A DNA stretch of 62,661 nucleotides, filler included, from Asterionella formosa (GCA_002256025.1; 15 parts of 15 records of this genome joined end to end with filler, not necessarily neighbours in it); one strand, 5' to 3'; numbered from the whole stretch's first letter, positions 33,251-46,958 are shown. Notes: generated from the sequence alone by a model not told the origin. A program made the numbers and translations.

Positions 33251-35110
33251 AAATTTCCATTGTAAGGGCCCACTGCATTATTCATATTCTGATTGGTTAT
33301 ACTTACATCCGTTCGAATAGCCCGGTTTGTGAGGTTTTCCAATCCCACGCCCGCCACAGAGGATAAACATGCAACATTTTCTTGTGTTGGCCGATGCTTC
33401 CGTTACCTGGTACCCGTAAACCGGTATCCGTATGGAGTAGGAATACTGAGTACCGGACAGACCTACCGGTACCAGGGTACCAGGTAGCTGATCATTATTG
33501 GTCATAGTACCAGGTAGTGTACGCTTGCCAGTACATTACTATGGGTAGTATAGCAACAAACTTAAACATTCTTGTGCACTGTTGATTGTTGTGTGTTTAG
33601 CTAAATGGAGCTGCCTTCTTACATTGAAAATCACTTGAGTGATGGTGTACATGATTGAAGCACAGCTGATGACCGAAAACAGAGCATACATAGTTAATAA
33701 CAATCACATAATTACATGCACCATATCAAAGCATAATCATGCTTGTTGTTTCGCGTCCTTTGACTCAAATGACTCAATTATATTCCCGTTGTTATGGAAA
33801 TGGCAGATTCTTCAACCCATGAGGCCTCGTTTTGCAATCTCTCCATTGGAAGTACTCCACAACAAGCCCTGCTATTGATGGGGAGAAGCGCGCCAATTGG
33901 TTCTGGTCAGGACGACCAACAATTGAAATGCGCGTACGGCTTTTTGAACAACAAGCGATTTTCCGTGTTGACTTTTTAGTCGCGGAAAATGTCGAAAAAT
34001 TCCTTGATACACGGGGTTGGGCAATCTATAGTCATTTACCATGATGTCAAGATTGCCGCCAAGCAATGCTTTTCTTGTACTAATGCACTTAGCTACATTT
34101 AAACTACAAGTTCGTATCATAAGCTACATAAATACTCAGCTAGAGAGATTCAATAGTGCTGGAGCAGTGTGGCAATCACTCTTGCTCAGAATGGAATGAT
34201 CAGGGTTGCTTGTTGCTTTGGTGGGCAGAGGAATGACTGTGGCGGAAATACTGCTACTGGTGTCAGGCTACTACAGGGATGTGAATGGCTGCAGCAACCA
34301 GACCGTTTACGCTACCGGTACATAACAATGGAGGTCTAAATTGGGTTCAGCTTTTTTTCTTCTTCTTTGGGTCTTCGATTGTGTGGTGATGGAAAGTCAA
34401 TGTTGCCTGGTGTGTAAGTACTACAATGATTCACAATGCATACGTCTCCATTGGAACTCTTATTTTTTATTTCATTTCTAACCCAAAACAATTTTTTCTA
34501 TTTCTCATTTGATGCTACTTATTACATCGCATTTCATACTTTGGTTGCTCCAAACATCATGTTCAATTTTCGTTGATGTTGCATGTTACAATCATTCTCG
34601 TGTGTTTTACGCTTGTTGTACCATCTCTATGCAAATTACCGTTATTTTGGTTGTCATGCTAAAATCGGCAATTTTATTGCCGAAAAATTCGATGTGCCCC
34701 ATATTGCCCTTAAATAAAAATTACTTAAGAAATTACTTAGAGACTAAAAATTACTTAGAAGTACCCGAATGGCAAGACGATAGCTGGAGGGGGGGAATTG
34801 CTGTCAAAACATTCTCTGCATGATGCTCCGGAGTAGCTACGTAGATACCTGACCTTAAAATCAATAGACCGGTATGTATACATACATACCGGTAAGGCAC
34901 CGTCATTCTTAGTCTTTCATCATCATCATGCTTTGGCCATTCACAGAGTGCCTATGATAGTCGTGCATGTTGGAATTGTGGGTCCAACAGGGGGACAAAT
35001 ATCCATCATGTACGCGCATGAATACCCATGATATATAATTTTTCATCCAAATCTCAAGTCTAGTTTTATTTGCGACATAGTTTATAGGTTTACGATTTAT
35101 TCGTTAAACC

Positions 35111-36334
35111 ATGTTGTCTTCAACAATGATTCAACAATCTCGGCGCGCACAGCGATGCCTGAGCACACAGTCGCCAAAGATTAGTGGAGGATTAATGGAC
35201 ATCTTCTCGAACCTCCGATGGAAAGCTGCCAATGCGTTGACGGAATCGTTATCAAAAGAGGAACGCACCATCCTACTCAAAAAGCTAGATGCTGTCGATG
35301 AGACTGCTGCTCATGATAAGAACGATAAAGATATTTTTGATATCAAATCTACAATTGGAGAGGCTATAGCGGCAGCCAGAGTTGAAGAGTCGCAGAAACT
35401 TCAAGCTAGATGGGAAAAGGAAAAAGACGATCTCATGGCAGCAGCAGAAGTTGCGGCAAGGGCTAGAATCGAGAGCGACATTCTCATTCAAGAACGCAGG
35501 CTTAAATTAGAGCGGTGGAAAAAGGAAGTTGAAGCTGAGAAACGCACCGAAGAAGGCCAGTTGTTGCCTAGTAGAGACTCGACAGTATCGAAGTCGGTCG
35601 CAGAACATGCACTGCTGGGTGATCCAATAGCCGACTTGGGTTACAAGCGAATTCATCTTGCATCTGCGAAGACGTTGTCGACGATTCCGGTTTGGAAGGA
35701 ACAGCGCATTTATCGACATGATCGGGCCAAGGCGATGGCAAAGGACAAGACCAAGACACCACATCTTGGAATGCCGGGAATCATTGTTCTCCACGAAGAT
35801 TCCGAAGGCAAACTCTCCATCCTGGACGGTCAACATCGCGTTGGCTGCATGGCTCTGTTGAATATTCAGGAAAAAGAAGGGTTCGATTTGAATAGAATTC
35901 TAGTAGAAGTATATTCATCAGAGGTGACTGACCATGCCGAAGAAATCTTTACCGAGATCAATAAAGCCGAGCCAATCAAGTTGGTTGATATGCCCGGTGT
36001 TGCATCAAAAGGGGACCGAAAAATTATCACGGATGCTGCTGCCAATCTGCAAGCTCAATACTCTGAGATGTTCAAGCCTTCGCAGTCTTGTCGACCTCCA
36101 CACTTGAATATTGACAATTTTCGTGATGCCTTGTTTGCCGCTGAAGTTATCAAAAAGCACAATTTAAAATCTTCCAAAGCATTGACTGACTGGATCGCTG
36201 CTCGAAACGAAGAATTACGCATCAAGTTCCAAGATGAAGAAGTCGCTCGAACAGTTCCTCTGAAGGCTCTAGAAAAGGCGAAGCAGTTTGAGTTTTACCT
36301 CGGCATGGGCGACTCCCTATGGCTTTACAGCTGA
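35111..36334 (+). CDS. DGQHR-motif ParB/Srx-like domain protein with coiled coil and probable mitochondrial presequence
   Basis: QRIY...PGIIVL...LSILDGQHR...EEIFTEINKAEP...RPPHLNID. N-terminus is R/S-rich and acid-free (MLSSTMIQQSRRAQRCLST). Confidence 0.8.
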   Translation: MLSSTMIQQSRRAQRCLSTQSPKISGGLMDIFSNLRWKAANALTESLSKEERTILLKKLDAVDETAAHDKNDKDIFDIKSTIGEAIAAARVEESQKLQARWEKEKDDLMAAAEVAARARIESDILIQERRLKLERWKKEVEAEKRTEEGQLLPSRDSTVSKSVAEHALLGDPIADLGYKRIHLASAKTLSTIPVWKEQRIYRHDRAKAMAKDKTKTPHLGMPGIIVLHEDSEGKLSILDGQHRVGCMALLNIQEKEGFDLNRILVEVYSSEVTDHAEEIFTEINKAEPIKLVDMPGVASKGDRKIITDAAANLQAQYSEMFKPSQSCRPPHLNIDNFRDALFAAEVIKKHNLKSSKALTDWIAARNEELRIKFQDEEVARTVPLKALEKAKQFEFYLGMGDSLWLYS

Positions 36335-36371
36335 TGAGCCGTTTACAGGATAACATGAACGTGTTCCTAGA

Positions 36372-37400
36372 TTAATAAGCCCATGAATGTGGTACCATTC
36401 TTAAAAGCTCTAGACTCACAGACTCGTTATTAGAAAACTCCGAAATCATGTTGACAAACTGTCTCATCGTCAATGTTATATCTAGCAGTCTTGCTCTCCC
36501 AGCTGTATTCAATGGTAAATAATGATAAATTTCCCTCCTATCGACGTTATGGATACTCCCTCGATTCGTCACGGTCATCATTAATGGCAATTTGTATTGA
36601 AGAATTGAGCAGAAGTCCAACTCTGTCAACGAGTCATTATTCTCGAGAACTTTCACAATGGCTAGCTGTTTTCCCTGTGTCACAACTGCGGTCTGCATTG
36701 TCAGACGAAGATTTATTGATTGAATTTTTTTGTTCCGTATTAGCATATCTTCAAAGGCAGTGGACACTTCCTGATCAAAGTACTTGAAAAGGTTGAAAAG
36801 GTTCAAAGTCAATCGTTTTGTCAACATGTTGATCGCCATGGCCTTGAAAAACCTCATAATCCTTCCTTCTTCAAATGTACCTTGGAAACATCCATAGAAT
36901 CAAAAGAATACATGGCTATCAGTCTTGTCATATCTGCTCCAAGAATGCAGTTTGTAGAAACCGGGTTCAGGTCCAAATCCCGCAGTTGCCAACGGGCCAA
37001 TAGAGTGGCGATGATCTCGTAGTCGAGCTCATCTTGTCGCATGGCCAAGTCCAATGGGGTAAAGTGATCCTTGTTCTCAATAAGTAGTGCTTCTGGAAAT
37101 AATTCAATAAGATAGTTAACATACAATAGAGAGGGAGGCAATCCATGGGAAGATTCCTGTATGGTTCAAATGCAACCTGCTGGGGAGTGAACTGGTGCAA
37201 CTCTTTGTCTTCTTGTTGGTTGATTGTAGAAATGGTCTTTGGTGTTCCTTATTGCTGCTGAGGAGGATGGTGCTGGTGGCTGCATGGTGGTTATTAGCTC
37301 AGCTATTCATTGGTTTGTTTGGTTTCTTGTTGCAGGAGTTGGAGGATGAATATGGATATTACTCAAGAACAAACCAGAATGAGCAGCTTTTAGACTTTTG
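36372..37400 (-). pseudogene. Frameshifted ankyrin/LRR(RNI)-like gene remnant
   Basis: Fragments LIELFPEALL..TPLDLAM and VLENNDSLTELD..IYHYLPLNTAGRARLL..LLRMVPHSW lie in different frames. Confidence 0.5.
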
Positions 37401-38408
37401 GATGAATAGGAAATGTAAATAGTGATAGGCCTTGTTGGAACCCCATCATCAGCATCCAAATTGCGTGCATGGCAACAAAATCCTTCCACTGTCATCATGG
37501 GTTTTTGCTATCTGGTTTAGAAGCAAAAAATCTTAAATTATCACATTCAGCACAAGAGTGGATACCATGGCGCTTCGAATAGGCCTCTGGTATAGTAGAA
37601 GAGTAGAAATTTCCCAATTCTTCTCTGAAATGGTCGCCCGTTTGCATCTGCCATGGTGGGTTGTTGTTGCTTCATCATTTCATCATGATGATGATTACAA
37701 ATTTTCACTATTTCTATTCAAAAATGAAAAATACATCACGGTTTTGTCAATTTACATAGGATTTTACTATTGCCTGTTTTTTCGACAGTGACGCATGCAA
37801 TTCGATTGCTCAGAGCAGCCGATTTCTTACGAACTTCCTAAATCTACCGGTGACTATCGTAATTTCCTGTCAATGATTTTTGTTATTGGAATTAGGCACC
37901 CAGAAAGTGCTAACGGTACCAGTACCAGCTAGTCGTTGATTTGAACGAGATTTACAAAAGTCCACAAAGCATCCGCATTCTATTTGTACATGTCAAGTGC
38001 TCGATGTGAAGAGGAGCTCGTATTTTTTCGTGGACATTATTAGCACACAATGTGAACATGCCATAGTAAGATAATGGTACCAGGTACTACCGTTACTGAC
38101 TTTAACTAATAAAAGTAAGTAATAATGAATTGAATACAGGACATACTGTATGTTCATTTGTAACGGTCGTCCGGCAAAAATTAGCCTGCTATGAATTTTT
38201 GGTAGTTTTCGCGGTGGTTGCTGTTTGCTTTTGAGGAGCAAAATGAACATTTGGTTCTTGTTTGAAAAATCGAAAGGAATTTTTTGAACTCTGCTGGCAT
38301 TGCTTCAATTGACAGCTGACGATCGAAGAGAGAGAGAAAGAGAGTAATTGCACAATTGTTAGTAACACTCAATTCTCGTTAAGAAGCAATCGCCTTTCAG
38401 AAGACCAG

Positions 38409-39986
38409 ATGGAACTTGTGCCAAGGGAACAACCGAGCAATGACCCCACCGTGCCTGAAAGCAACAGCAACGGTGGCTCGCACAAGTTTGGGGACGAGAC
38501 AGAGAGATCCGAGAGCACCGAAGAGCTAGTACACCATGTCGCTGCGCGGTCCTCTACAAGCACCCATGTGAGGACAATGGGAATGATGCAGTTGGCTATT
38601 ATTACGTTTTACAACGTTTCGGGGGGGCCGTTTGGAATGGAACCCACAGTGCGTGCTGGAGGCGCGTTCTACTCTATCCTAGGTTTTATCATCGCTCCCT
38701 TCATCTGGTCACTACCAGAAGCTTTGATGACTGCCGAGCTCGGTTCTGCCTTCCCAGAAGCGGCGGGAGGAGTTGCTTGGGTTGAAGAAGCCTTCGGACA
38801 AGGTTTCGGCTGGATGTGTGGTGCAATGGGTTGGATGGCCGGAGCAACGGATAACGCTATTTATCCTGTGCTATTTCTAGATTATGTGGTGGAACTTTTC
38901 CCGAGAGAAGGAAATATCGACCCAACCATACGCTTCATAGCACTTTCCACAACCTGTATTTTTATGGCTTACGTTAATTGGCGTGGTCTAGCGGTGGTCG
39001 GTGACATGTCTCTCACGATTTGTGCTATGTCCATGATGCCCTTCGTCATCTTTTGCATTCTTGGCGCTGGAAAAGTCGATTCAAGCAAGTGGATGGTGGG
39101 ACCGGAGCCATCTGAGAGCTCCACCACTGTCGAGGCCAATGGGATCATTCCGCTTGTTTCCATTGGAGGGATTGTGATTAGGCCATATCTGAACAATATG
39201 TTTTGGAATCTCAACTCGTTTGATGCAGCAGGATCGTTTGCCGGTGAAGTGCGAGATGCTGGTCGCCTCTTTCCCAGAGGCATGTTCATTGCTGTCGGGA
39301 TGGTGGGTTGTTGCTATATCTTCCCCCTGCTGGTCGCGCTTGGAACCACAGATGCGAAGCAACACGAGTGGGAAGATGGCTTCTTAACATCAGTTGTATC
39401 GCATACCATCGGACCTTGGTTGGGTGCTTGGATTGTGTTTGCAGCTGGTATTAGCAATATTGCCCTCTTTCAAGCGGAAATGTCTGCCGAAGCTTTTATC
39501 CTCATGGGAATGTCTGAAAGAGGCTACTTACCCAAGATCTTTTCAATCCGCAGTCAACACGGGACACCAACTTACGGCATTATCCTTGGCACTTGTGTCA
39601 TTCTTGCCTTGAGTACTGCAGATCTCAGTTCCTTGATTGAGATGCTCAATTTCAACTATTCCCTGGCGTTGCTCATTGAGTATGCTGCCTTTGTCAAATT
39701 GCGCATCGCAAAACCAAACTTGCATCGACCCTATCGCATTCCAGTAAACACTGTTGGCTGTATCATTCTTTTGATTCCATGTGTGATTTTAACCATTTTT
39801 ATCATGGCATTAGGCAGCTACAGAACTCATCTCTACAGTTTCAGCAGTGTGGTATTGGCAGCATCCATTTATTTGGTAAGAAAGCGGAGAAACTTGATTC
39901 CAAACGATTACGGCCCTGTTCAGCAAGCACCTGAAGAAATCGTTGGTATGAATGTTTCTACTGGAGGCGAGATACAACTTGTATAA
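38409..39986 (+). CDS. APC-superfamily polyamine/amino acid transporter (PUT/RMV1-like)
   Basis: VSGGPFGME, PEALMTAELG, DNAIYP, FWNLNSFD, RPYRIP; about 12 TM segments. Confidence 0.92.
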   Translation: MELVPREQPSNDPTVPESNSNGGSHKFGDETERSESTEELVHHVAARSSTSTHVRTMGMMQLAIITFYNVSGGPFGMEPTVRAGGAFYSILGFIIAPFIWSLPEALMTAELGSAFPEAAGGVAWVEEAFGQGFGWMCGAMGWMAGATDNAIYPVLFLDYVVELFPREGNIDPTIRFIALSTTCIFMAYVNWRGLAVVGDMSLTICAMSMMPFVIFCILGAGKVDSSKWMVGPEPSESSTTVEANGIIPLVSIGGIVIRPYLNNMFWNLNSFDAAGSFAGEVRDAGRLFPRGMFIAVGMVGCCYIFPLLVALGTTDAKQHEWEDGFLTSVVSHTIGPWLGAWIVFAAGISNIALFQAEMSAEAFILMGMSERGYLPKIFSIRSQHGTPTYGIILGTCVILALSTADLSSLIEMLNFNYSLALLIEYAAFVKLRIAKPNLHRPYRIPVNTVGCIILLIPCVILTIFIMALGSYRTHLYSFSSVVLAASIYLVRKRRNLIPNDYGPVQQAPEEIVGMNVSTGGEIQLV

Positions 39987-41099
39987 TTCCCGCTTTGTCG
40001 TAACTAGGTAAAACGGCCTTGTCTATCACAAAATGTATGCACCTGCCGCCAAAGTCATAGAGCCCTGCATCTGGTTGGACTGTTCAGCAGGCTAGAGTTT
40101 ACGCAGATGGGGAAAAGACTTCACCTACTTGTACTCCTTATTAGTCTAATTGTAAGACACCTTAGGTGAGTATGACACTCGTCATGGCGACCATAGCATT
40201 GTAAAATACAGGAATAGGCAGCAGACAAGTATAGTGGCTATATTCGGTCAACCTGCAGGCAGTTCTGATTTCTGATCATCTATTATGCTCGCTCGTTCTC
40301 GTCATATAGCGGTAGAACAGAGTGTTCTACATTACATGGTACATGGTACATGGTACATTTATAGTTCTGGCTATACTCCCGCTGTCCAATAACAGTTGCA
40401 TCAATAATTTTATTTCTCCGGGGCCATGTTGATTCATAAGATTTTCTCCGGCTTGATTGCCTTATTGTGCGGCTTGCCCTAAGCATGTATATAATACATA
40501 GAGAAAGATTAAAATTGACAGCTACACTTCAAAAGAACAATTTAGTGCTTTTTCGATTTTCACTTTTGCCCAGCATCTCGAGCAAAATGCAGAGACGCAT
40601 GAGGACCCATTTTCTTCGAACCATCTATGCTCTACATACATATAAAGTATGATATAACAGTAGAACAACGGAAACTTGTTTCCATTAGACCATGGATTGC
40701 GCAACCGTGAAAGTGACAATGTTGGGAAGAAGAAAATGATGGAATGCTAGTTTCTTTGAGGATTGGAATGGTTAGCTAAAAATCTGGGTTTTTGGTCCAT
40801 GTAAATGTAACAACCGAAAAAAGTATCATATGGAACAATATTTGTATTATAATATGATAGTGATGCATTTTATTTGGTTTCCCGCAAATATTTGAGTGCC
40901 AGCTGATATAAAACAGCATTCTGTAATATGTTGTGCACACAATAAAAATATTTATATTAAATTGGTTTCAATTAATTTATGTAGAGAGTAATATTTTAAT
41001 TACAAAAACAGAGTTTATGTTTTATTTAACTAATAGAAAACGCATTTTTTCGAGTAAGCCGACCCTCTCATAGAAAAATGGTGCTTGGCACTTGGGGTT

Positions 41100-42160
41100 T
41101 GGAAAATCAATGCAACTGTTATTGGACTGAGGGAATACCAGGTAGACAAGTCGCAAACTTCTTGGCCATACCATCCAACCTTCCCTGGTGGTAGCTGGTG
41201 GGTTTTCCAGTGAATGTGAACACTCGATTCCCTCCTCCAGGTCCTCTTCCAGGGAGTCAGCCAGTGGCTGCCAGTAGTTAATACTAGCCACGGTTACCTT
41301 GAGCTCCTTCTCCTCCATCACAATCTGCCGGTACAGTGACGCTGGCTGTGGTGGGACAATCCCCACATTTGGGATTCTGGTAAGCCCAGGTAGGTCCACA
41401 ACAACTGGGAAGTGGTCTGACATGTCCCATGTGTCAAGGACCCTGGCAGGAGGGACAGCCGCCACTGTGTTACCACAATATGTGATGAAATCAATGGCAG
41501 GCAGGTGTTCGCTGTCCCTCCTGCTGGCTTTGGCAAGTGGAGCCCCCCTCCCCCCCCCCAGATGGGTAACACCCAAAAGGGAACAAGCTGCCATGGTCCC
41601 ATCTGAATCTGCAACTCCATCATGATCTTCATATTGAAGTCTCCCATCATCATAATGGGGTCTTCTGGAAACTCCCGATGCAGAGCGTCCAAGGCTCAGG
41701 GCAAAGCCCTAAGCACTTGAATGCGATCTACCTGGCATGGGACATATATCGTTCCCACAAGAATAGGCCTCAAGAGGTTGGCTCCATAAACTCTCGCAAA
41801 AGTCCAACACGGTGTGGCCTTACCAACTGGGGTACAGTTGAATTTGCTCGACACCAGCAGAGCCACACCTCGCTGCAACACTGTCAGGTCCCCCATTGCG
41901 GTTAGGCAATGGTAGCCTGGCAAGCGAAGCTGCCAATCTGTTGATTGGTTCAGTGTCTCCTGCACCGCCATACTACTAACATCACACAGGGTTTGTTGCA
42001 ACAAGAACTGAAGATCGGTCTTCTTCCACCACTGCAGCCCATTGATGTTAAGGGTTCCCACCACCAGTGGTGCCCCACACCCATCTGGTGGTGTCGCGTG
42101 CATTGGGGATCCCACCAATGCAGCCAACAGCCTCAGGCTGTTGGCTGCATTCATAGGTTA
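41100..42160 (-). mobile_element. Non-LTR retrotransposon APE endonuclease remnant
   Basis: GTLNINGL, VQET, GVALL, MGDFN, IDFI and SDHFPV split over three frames. Confidence 0.8.
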
Positions 42161-44129
42161 CTGGTACCTGGTACCTGGTACCTGGTACCAAGGTACCAAG
42201 AAATAGTTGAACGGAGCAGGTGTGCTTTTTGTTGTTGTTGTAGCTTGTCTAGCAAATGAATTACGGACATACTGTTGCTATGTAATCTTTGCAGGAGTAT
42301 GGTGAAGGTATTTCAAGGACAAGAAAGAAGCCAGTGTGGTGCATCACTGTTGCAATTTCGCACAATGACACCTGTTCAAGAGTGACAGTTGTTCCATTTT
42401 GAATTTATGGCTTCTATTGTTTGTTCTTGCATTGTCCATACAGACATCATACCATAATGCCTGCCTTCTCTTCAAGACTATCCATTCTGAAAAAATAACA
42501 GCCTTGATTGCATGTTGCGATTTGTTTCCCATTTAGTGTGAAATGGTGGAATAAGTGAACTTCATTATTTGATAGAATTTTTAAATTAGTTGAAAAACCT
42601 ACAGAAAATCGGTTGAATGAACTTCAGAAAATGACGTAAACAAATCTTAAATTTCGTGAACGAAATTGTAAATTACATGAACAAATTTAAAATTACCTGA
42701 AGTATCTAAAATAAGTACGTAAAGGTGATCACATAATATAGTGATGATCAGGAATGCATGCATGCTACTTTGATCAAGTAATTAACTTGTGTAGGAGTAC
42801 TCCATATACTTTATACTTGCCAAGTATAGCTTTTCAGCTTACATTAGTACATATTGCCAAATATGTATATGAAACATACATTTCTTCCTCCTTGTTTTAG
42901 CTCTGATGATGTGATTGTTGAATCATGTAGCACAATATTTTATGATACAAGTACAACCAGACTTCCAATATATTTAAACAATCCTCTTCTTGATCATGTG
43001 TTTATTGTATATGTAGTGTAAGCCACTGTTGTATATCTACTTACAATAAAACCACTAGGTACCGGTACCAGGGGCACCTTGTACCAGTAGTCTAGTCTAC
43101 CAGGTATACCGGTACCTTCTGTCAAGAATATTAGCTCGAGTCACGAGGATTGTGGACTCGATTGTAATCCAACGAGTCGAATCTTGCATTGCCACGTCAA
43201 TCAGCAATCTAACGAGATCAAAGATTAAAGATTTCTATGGAAGTGTTAAGTAGAAAATCGAAGAGATTCTTAGAACAACTTTGTGGGACGAAGCAAAGAT
43301 GCATGGAAGAAAACATTTACCGGTAGTTTAGCTTATAAATTTAGATTATCAACTGAGAAAACAGTGTCATAATTGACAGGAAGGCTAGAAGCAGAGCAGA
43401 GAAAAAAGTAAGTGGCACTAGGTAGTACTACTATCACGTAAGAGTTTACGTAACCAGGCCCAGCCTGTGGGAGGTACCAGGTACTGGTACCCTGGTACCC
43501 TGGTACCACTTAAAAACTGTAAGCCACCGCTACGGCGACTTTTGAACTGTAAGCCACCGCTAAACGGAGTAAACGCACGGTTTGAACTTAGTTTACAAGA
43601 TACGCTATTTATTGTCACGAACGAGTTGTTCAGATTTATATAGCGAGTAAATACTTCCGTACTTGTATTGTTGCATTGTGTACATTGTTAATTAGGTATT
43701 ATCGCCCAAAGGTTGCTGTCGACGTGAAATTGCGAAAATTGGATATTTTCACGTTTACTCGATTGAGCAAGCATCACCTTTTATATACGTATTCAGGTAT
43801 GAGAATATTCCTCCTCTGGAAAACTAATTTAGTATCCTCTAAAATTTATTTAATATGACTACGACGGCATTGCGCTTTCGCTCGTGCGCCATAATAAAGA
43901 GATAATTTCATTAATGGAAAACGTCAAATAGGAATTCCTGGTGCGCCCGAATTATGAGTACAAAAATTAAATGCAAACACACANNNNNNNNNNNNNNNNN
44001 NNNNNNNNNNNNNNNNNNNNNNNNNNNTTAATTAATTAANNNNNNNNNNNNNNNNNNNNNNNNNNNNNNNNNNNNNNNNNNNNATGTATTCTTCTACGCA
44101 ATCACACTCAACATCCACTCATACTTGAT

Positions 44130-45002
44130 TTACACCGATACCCCACGTTCGGCTCCATAGGCCCCTGCACTCATCCACCACATGTAAAATTCTTCATAAC
44201 CAACCTTTTCATCAAAATTTCGATCCAATGCCAGAAATGCAGCAGCAATTTCATTTTTTGTCATGTCTAATCCAGAATCCTTGGCAAACTCGGTTAATTC
44301 CTTCACATCCAAAAATGAGTCTCCATTTGTGTCAAACTTGCTCCATTTTGCCTTTAAATCCTTTTCTTCTTTAACGCTGAATTTCAGTAGTCGCAATTGC
44401 CTAGCTGTCGAAATACCTACACTAATGGCTGTAATACCCACAAAGCACATCCAACCACCGACGGCCCAATCCAGCATATTCCAGTTTGAAATCTGGAGAC
44501 TACCAACGAAAAAGTAAAGGGCTCCTCGCCCCCATGTGAATTCAAGAAATTTGGCGTAGTAGCGAACTCCCGACTGAAGGCGGCTATTGCATTGACGGGG
44601 TCCTTCTAATATAGTGATGACAATACCGAAAAATGTGCCTGGAGTATATCGCCAGCCGATTATTTGGAGGCACATGTATATAATCCATTAGTACCTTGCT
44701 CCTCACATGGTAAAGCCTCCTTCGTGACCAAGCACGATTTAGTTTCTGTGACACGTACCATAAATCGCAATTAGCGATCCGCTAAAATTGAACGAAAAGA
44801 AGCGATCCAGAATTGCTAGACAGTTACTGACAATCATGGCAAGACCTCCTATAAAGGCCATGATGCGATACGACATGGGACCTTCCATGCGGGCCTTTTT
44901 AATCTTGTCGGCCGATTGATTGACAAAGGCGATTCCGGCTGTTGCCCCAGCTGAGGCCATGGAGGGGTCGAGGAGGGGCGTGGATTCTGTAGTAGTAGAC
45001 AT
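44130..45002 (-). CDS. COPI-associated (Tvp15-like) membrane protein with C-terminal EF-hand pair; exons 45002-44759, 44638-44130
   Basis: KFLEFTWGRGALYFFVG motif, EF loops DTNGDSFLDVKE and DRNFDEKVGYEE, GT-AG intron 44758-44639. Confidence 0.85.
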
Positions 45003-45559
45003 CGTAGCTAAGCTATCAATTCGTTCAATGCAATTGTATCTGGGGTAATAATATAAATATAATAGGAATTAGATACCGTTGTTTCAGATCGGTAAAATGG
45101 CGCACGGATGCAAATGCCAGAAAATCTCCGGTGGGATAGAGAATGAACATGGATACGTTGTATTCATCCTGTAGCCTTGTGAACATAATTAGCCTGTGGT
45201 ATACCGGTACTGGGGTATCAATAAACCATAACCCTAAATATTATTTATTTCCCACCTTGCCTAAAAGAATGCCAATCACGATGGAACTCCCGCACTGTTC
45301 GCACTACATGTTATGGCTTTCACTTTTCTCGTCACATGAAAGAGCACTTCTCGTGAGTACCTGTAGATACTGGACGCGCTTCGAAATCGCTAGTTGATGA
45401 GTTTCTTGCCAAGACTCAGGANNNNNNNNNNNNNNNNNNNNNNNNNNNNNNNNNNNNNNNNNNNNTTAATTAATTAANNNNNNNNNNNNNNNNNNNNNNN
45501 NNNNNNNNNNNNNNNNNNNNNGAAAATTGGTCTCCACTCTAATTTCAGTCTATCCAGGA

Positions 45560-46550
45560 GCTTCTTGTCAGGGAATAGTGACGGTGGATCAAGAAGGCGA
45601 AATGGTCTGACAATGCCTGGTTGTCCATTTAGCCATAGACTCCACCCTAACACGGAGAATCTTTTCAGGAAACTGCCAACCCCTTGCTACCTGCCAAAAC
45701 TTTCCATCATAGTAGTACAAAGTATGATCTATCCCCTTCTGTTGACCTTGTTGATGTTCTTGTTCAGGGAGGGTCGAGTTACCTGATCATTTGTTATTGC
45801 ACCTTGTTGAAGCTGATCACAAAGCACCTGTTCAAGCTGTTTGTGATGCTATTTCAACCGATTGTTTAGAAAATCGATTGTAATGACACCACCACAGATG
45901 TCATGCTCTTCAATTGCTTGAACTACAGAAGCTTTGATTTCCTCTGTCTGATGCATCATCATTGATATTATCAGAGTGACTTTTAGAAGAATCTCACTCA
46001 ATTTTTGTGAGTGATCAATATGTGGTGGTATCCGTGTGGCTTGGGGCATGTTGTCAGTTCTATCAAGTGTCACAAATTTTTGCAAGCGCTGAAGGAGGCC
46101 AGGATATTGCAATAGTGGAATTGCTGAAAATGGGTGGTTTGGTTATTTCTCAATTACATGTTTAACAAAGGCACCCATGTGATAAACAACTGAGAGTGAC
46201 ATTGATCCCATTGTACTTTAAGTCTTCTGTGTTTGTGTGTTGGAAAAAATTTGGGTTTCTTGCATGCTCTTGAGAAATTGAAATAATTCCACCTGCTGCA
46301 GTATACTGAGGGTATTGATCTTTCAACCATTGAATTATTACCTTCAATCTGTTGCGGTGTTCCTGTTTTGTTTTCAGCTTTTGCCTGTTATCTTCTGTCT
46401 CTTGAATTTGACCCAGCAGTGCTCATCATGGACATCAATATTGCCCCCTATGATTACAACAGGTTCATCTGTCCCTTTAGAACAAAATGCAGGATGTCCA
46501 CGGCCTCCAGGCATTCTTGATGTCAAAAGCACAAGTTGTTGTGAAGAATA
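45560..46550 (-). pseudogene. Decayed transposon-like ORF (possibly Crypton-associated)
   Basis: Broken fragments ATRIPPHI, YDGKFWQV..WQFP and RPFRLL; the family assignment is weak recall only. Confidence 0.3.
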
Positions 46551-46958
46551 AGTTGTTGTGGTATGGTGATTGTGACTTTCCTATTTGTATGAGTGATGAA
46601 GGAGTCAGAAATATAATTTACAGTGGTGACTACAGTACATAACACCCCTACATGCCTCTACCTCCTGCACGGTACCAGGTGAGCACCCCTTTTACCAGGT
46701 ACCGGAGTACAGGTATGTTACCTGGAAACCAGGTACCAGGGTTTAGGGGAGTTGGCACTGATACATTTGTACCTATACCAGCATACCGGTACCAGGTACC
46801 CTGGTACAGTACTAGTTGATCGAGTCGGGAATTGAAAACGGCCGCTGGCTGGTGGTGTNNNNNNNNNNNNNNNNNNNNNNNNNNNNNNNNNNNNNNNNNN
46901 NNTTAATTAATTAANNNNNNNNNNNNNNNNNNNNNNNNNNNNNNNNNNNNNNNNNNNN

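Noticed and set aside
3123..39725. Numerous antisense or alternate-frame ORFs overlapping the called genes
   Set aside because: Shadow ORFs without recognisable motifs.
43510..43565. Short direct repeats (aactgtaagccaccgcta x2; also TGCACCA arrays at 56340-56680 and an ~83-bp duplication at 28020-28165) as CRISPR-like arrays
   Set aside because: Too few units, irregular spacing, eukaryotic context and no cas genes; likely TE subterminal repeats or local duplications.
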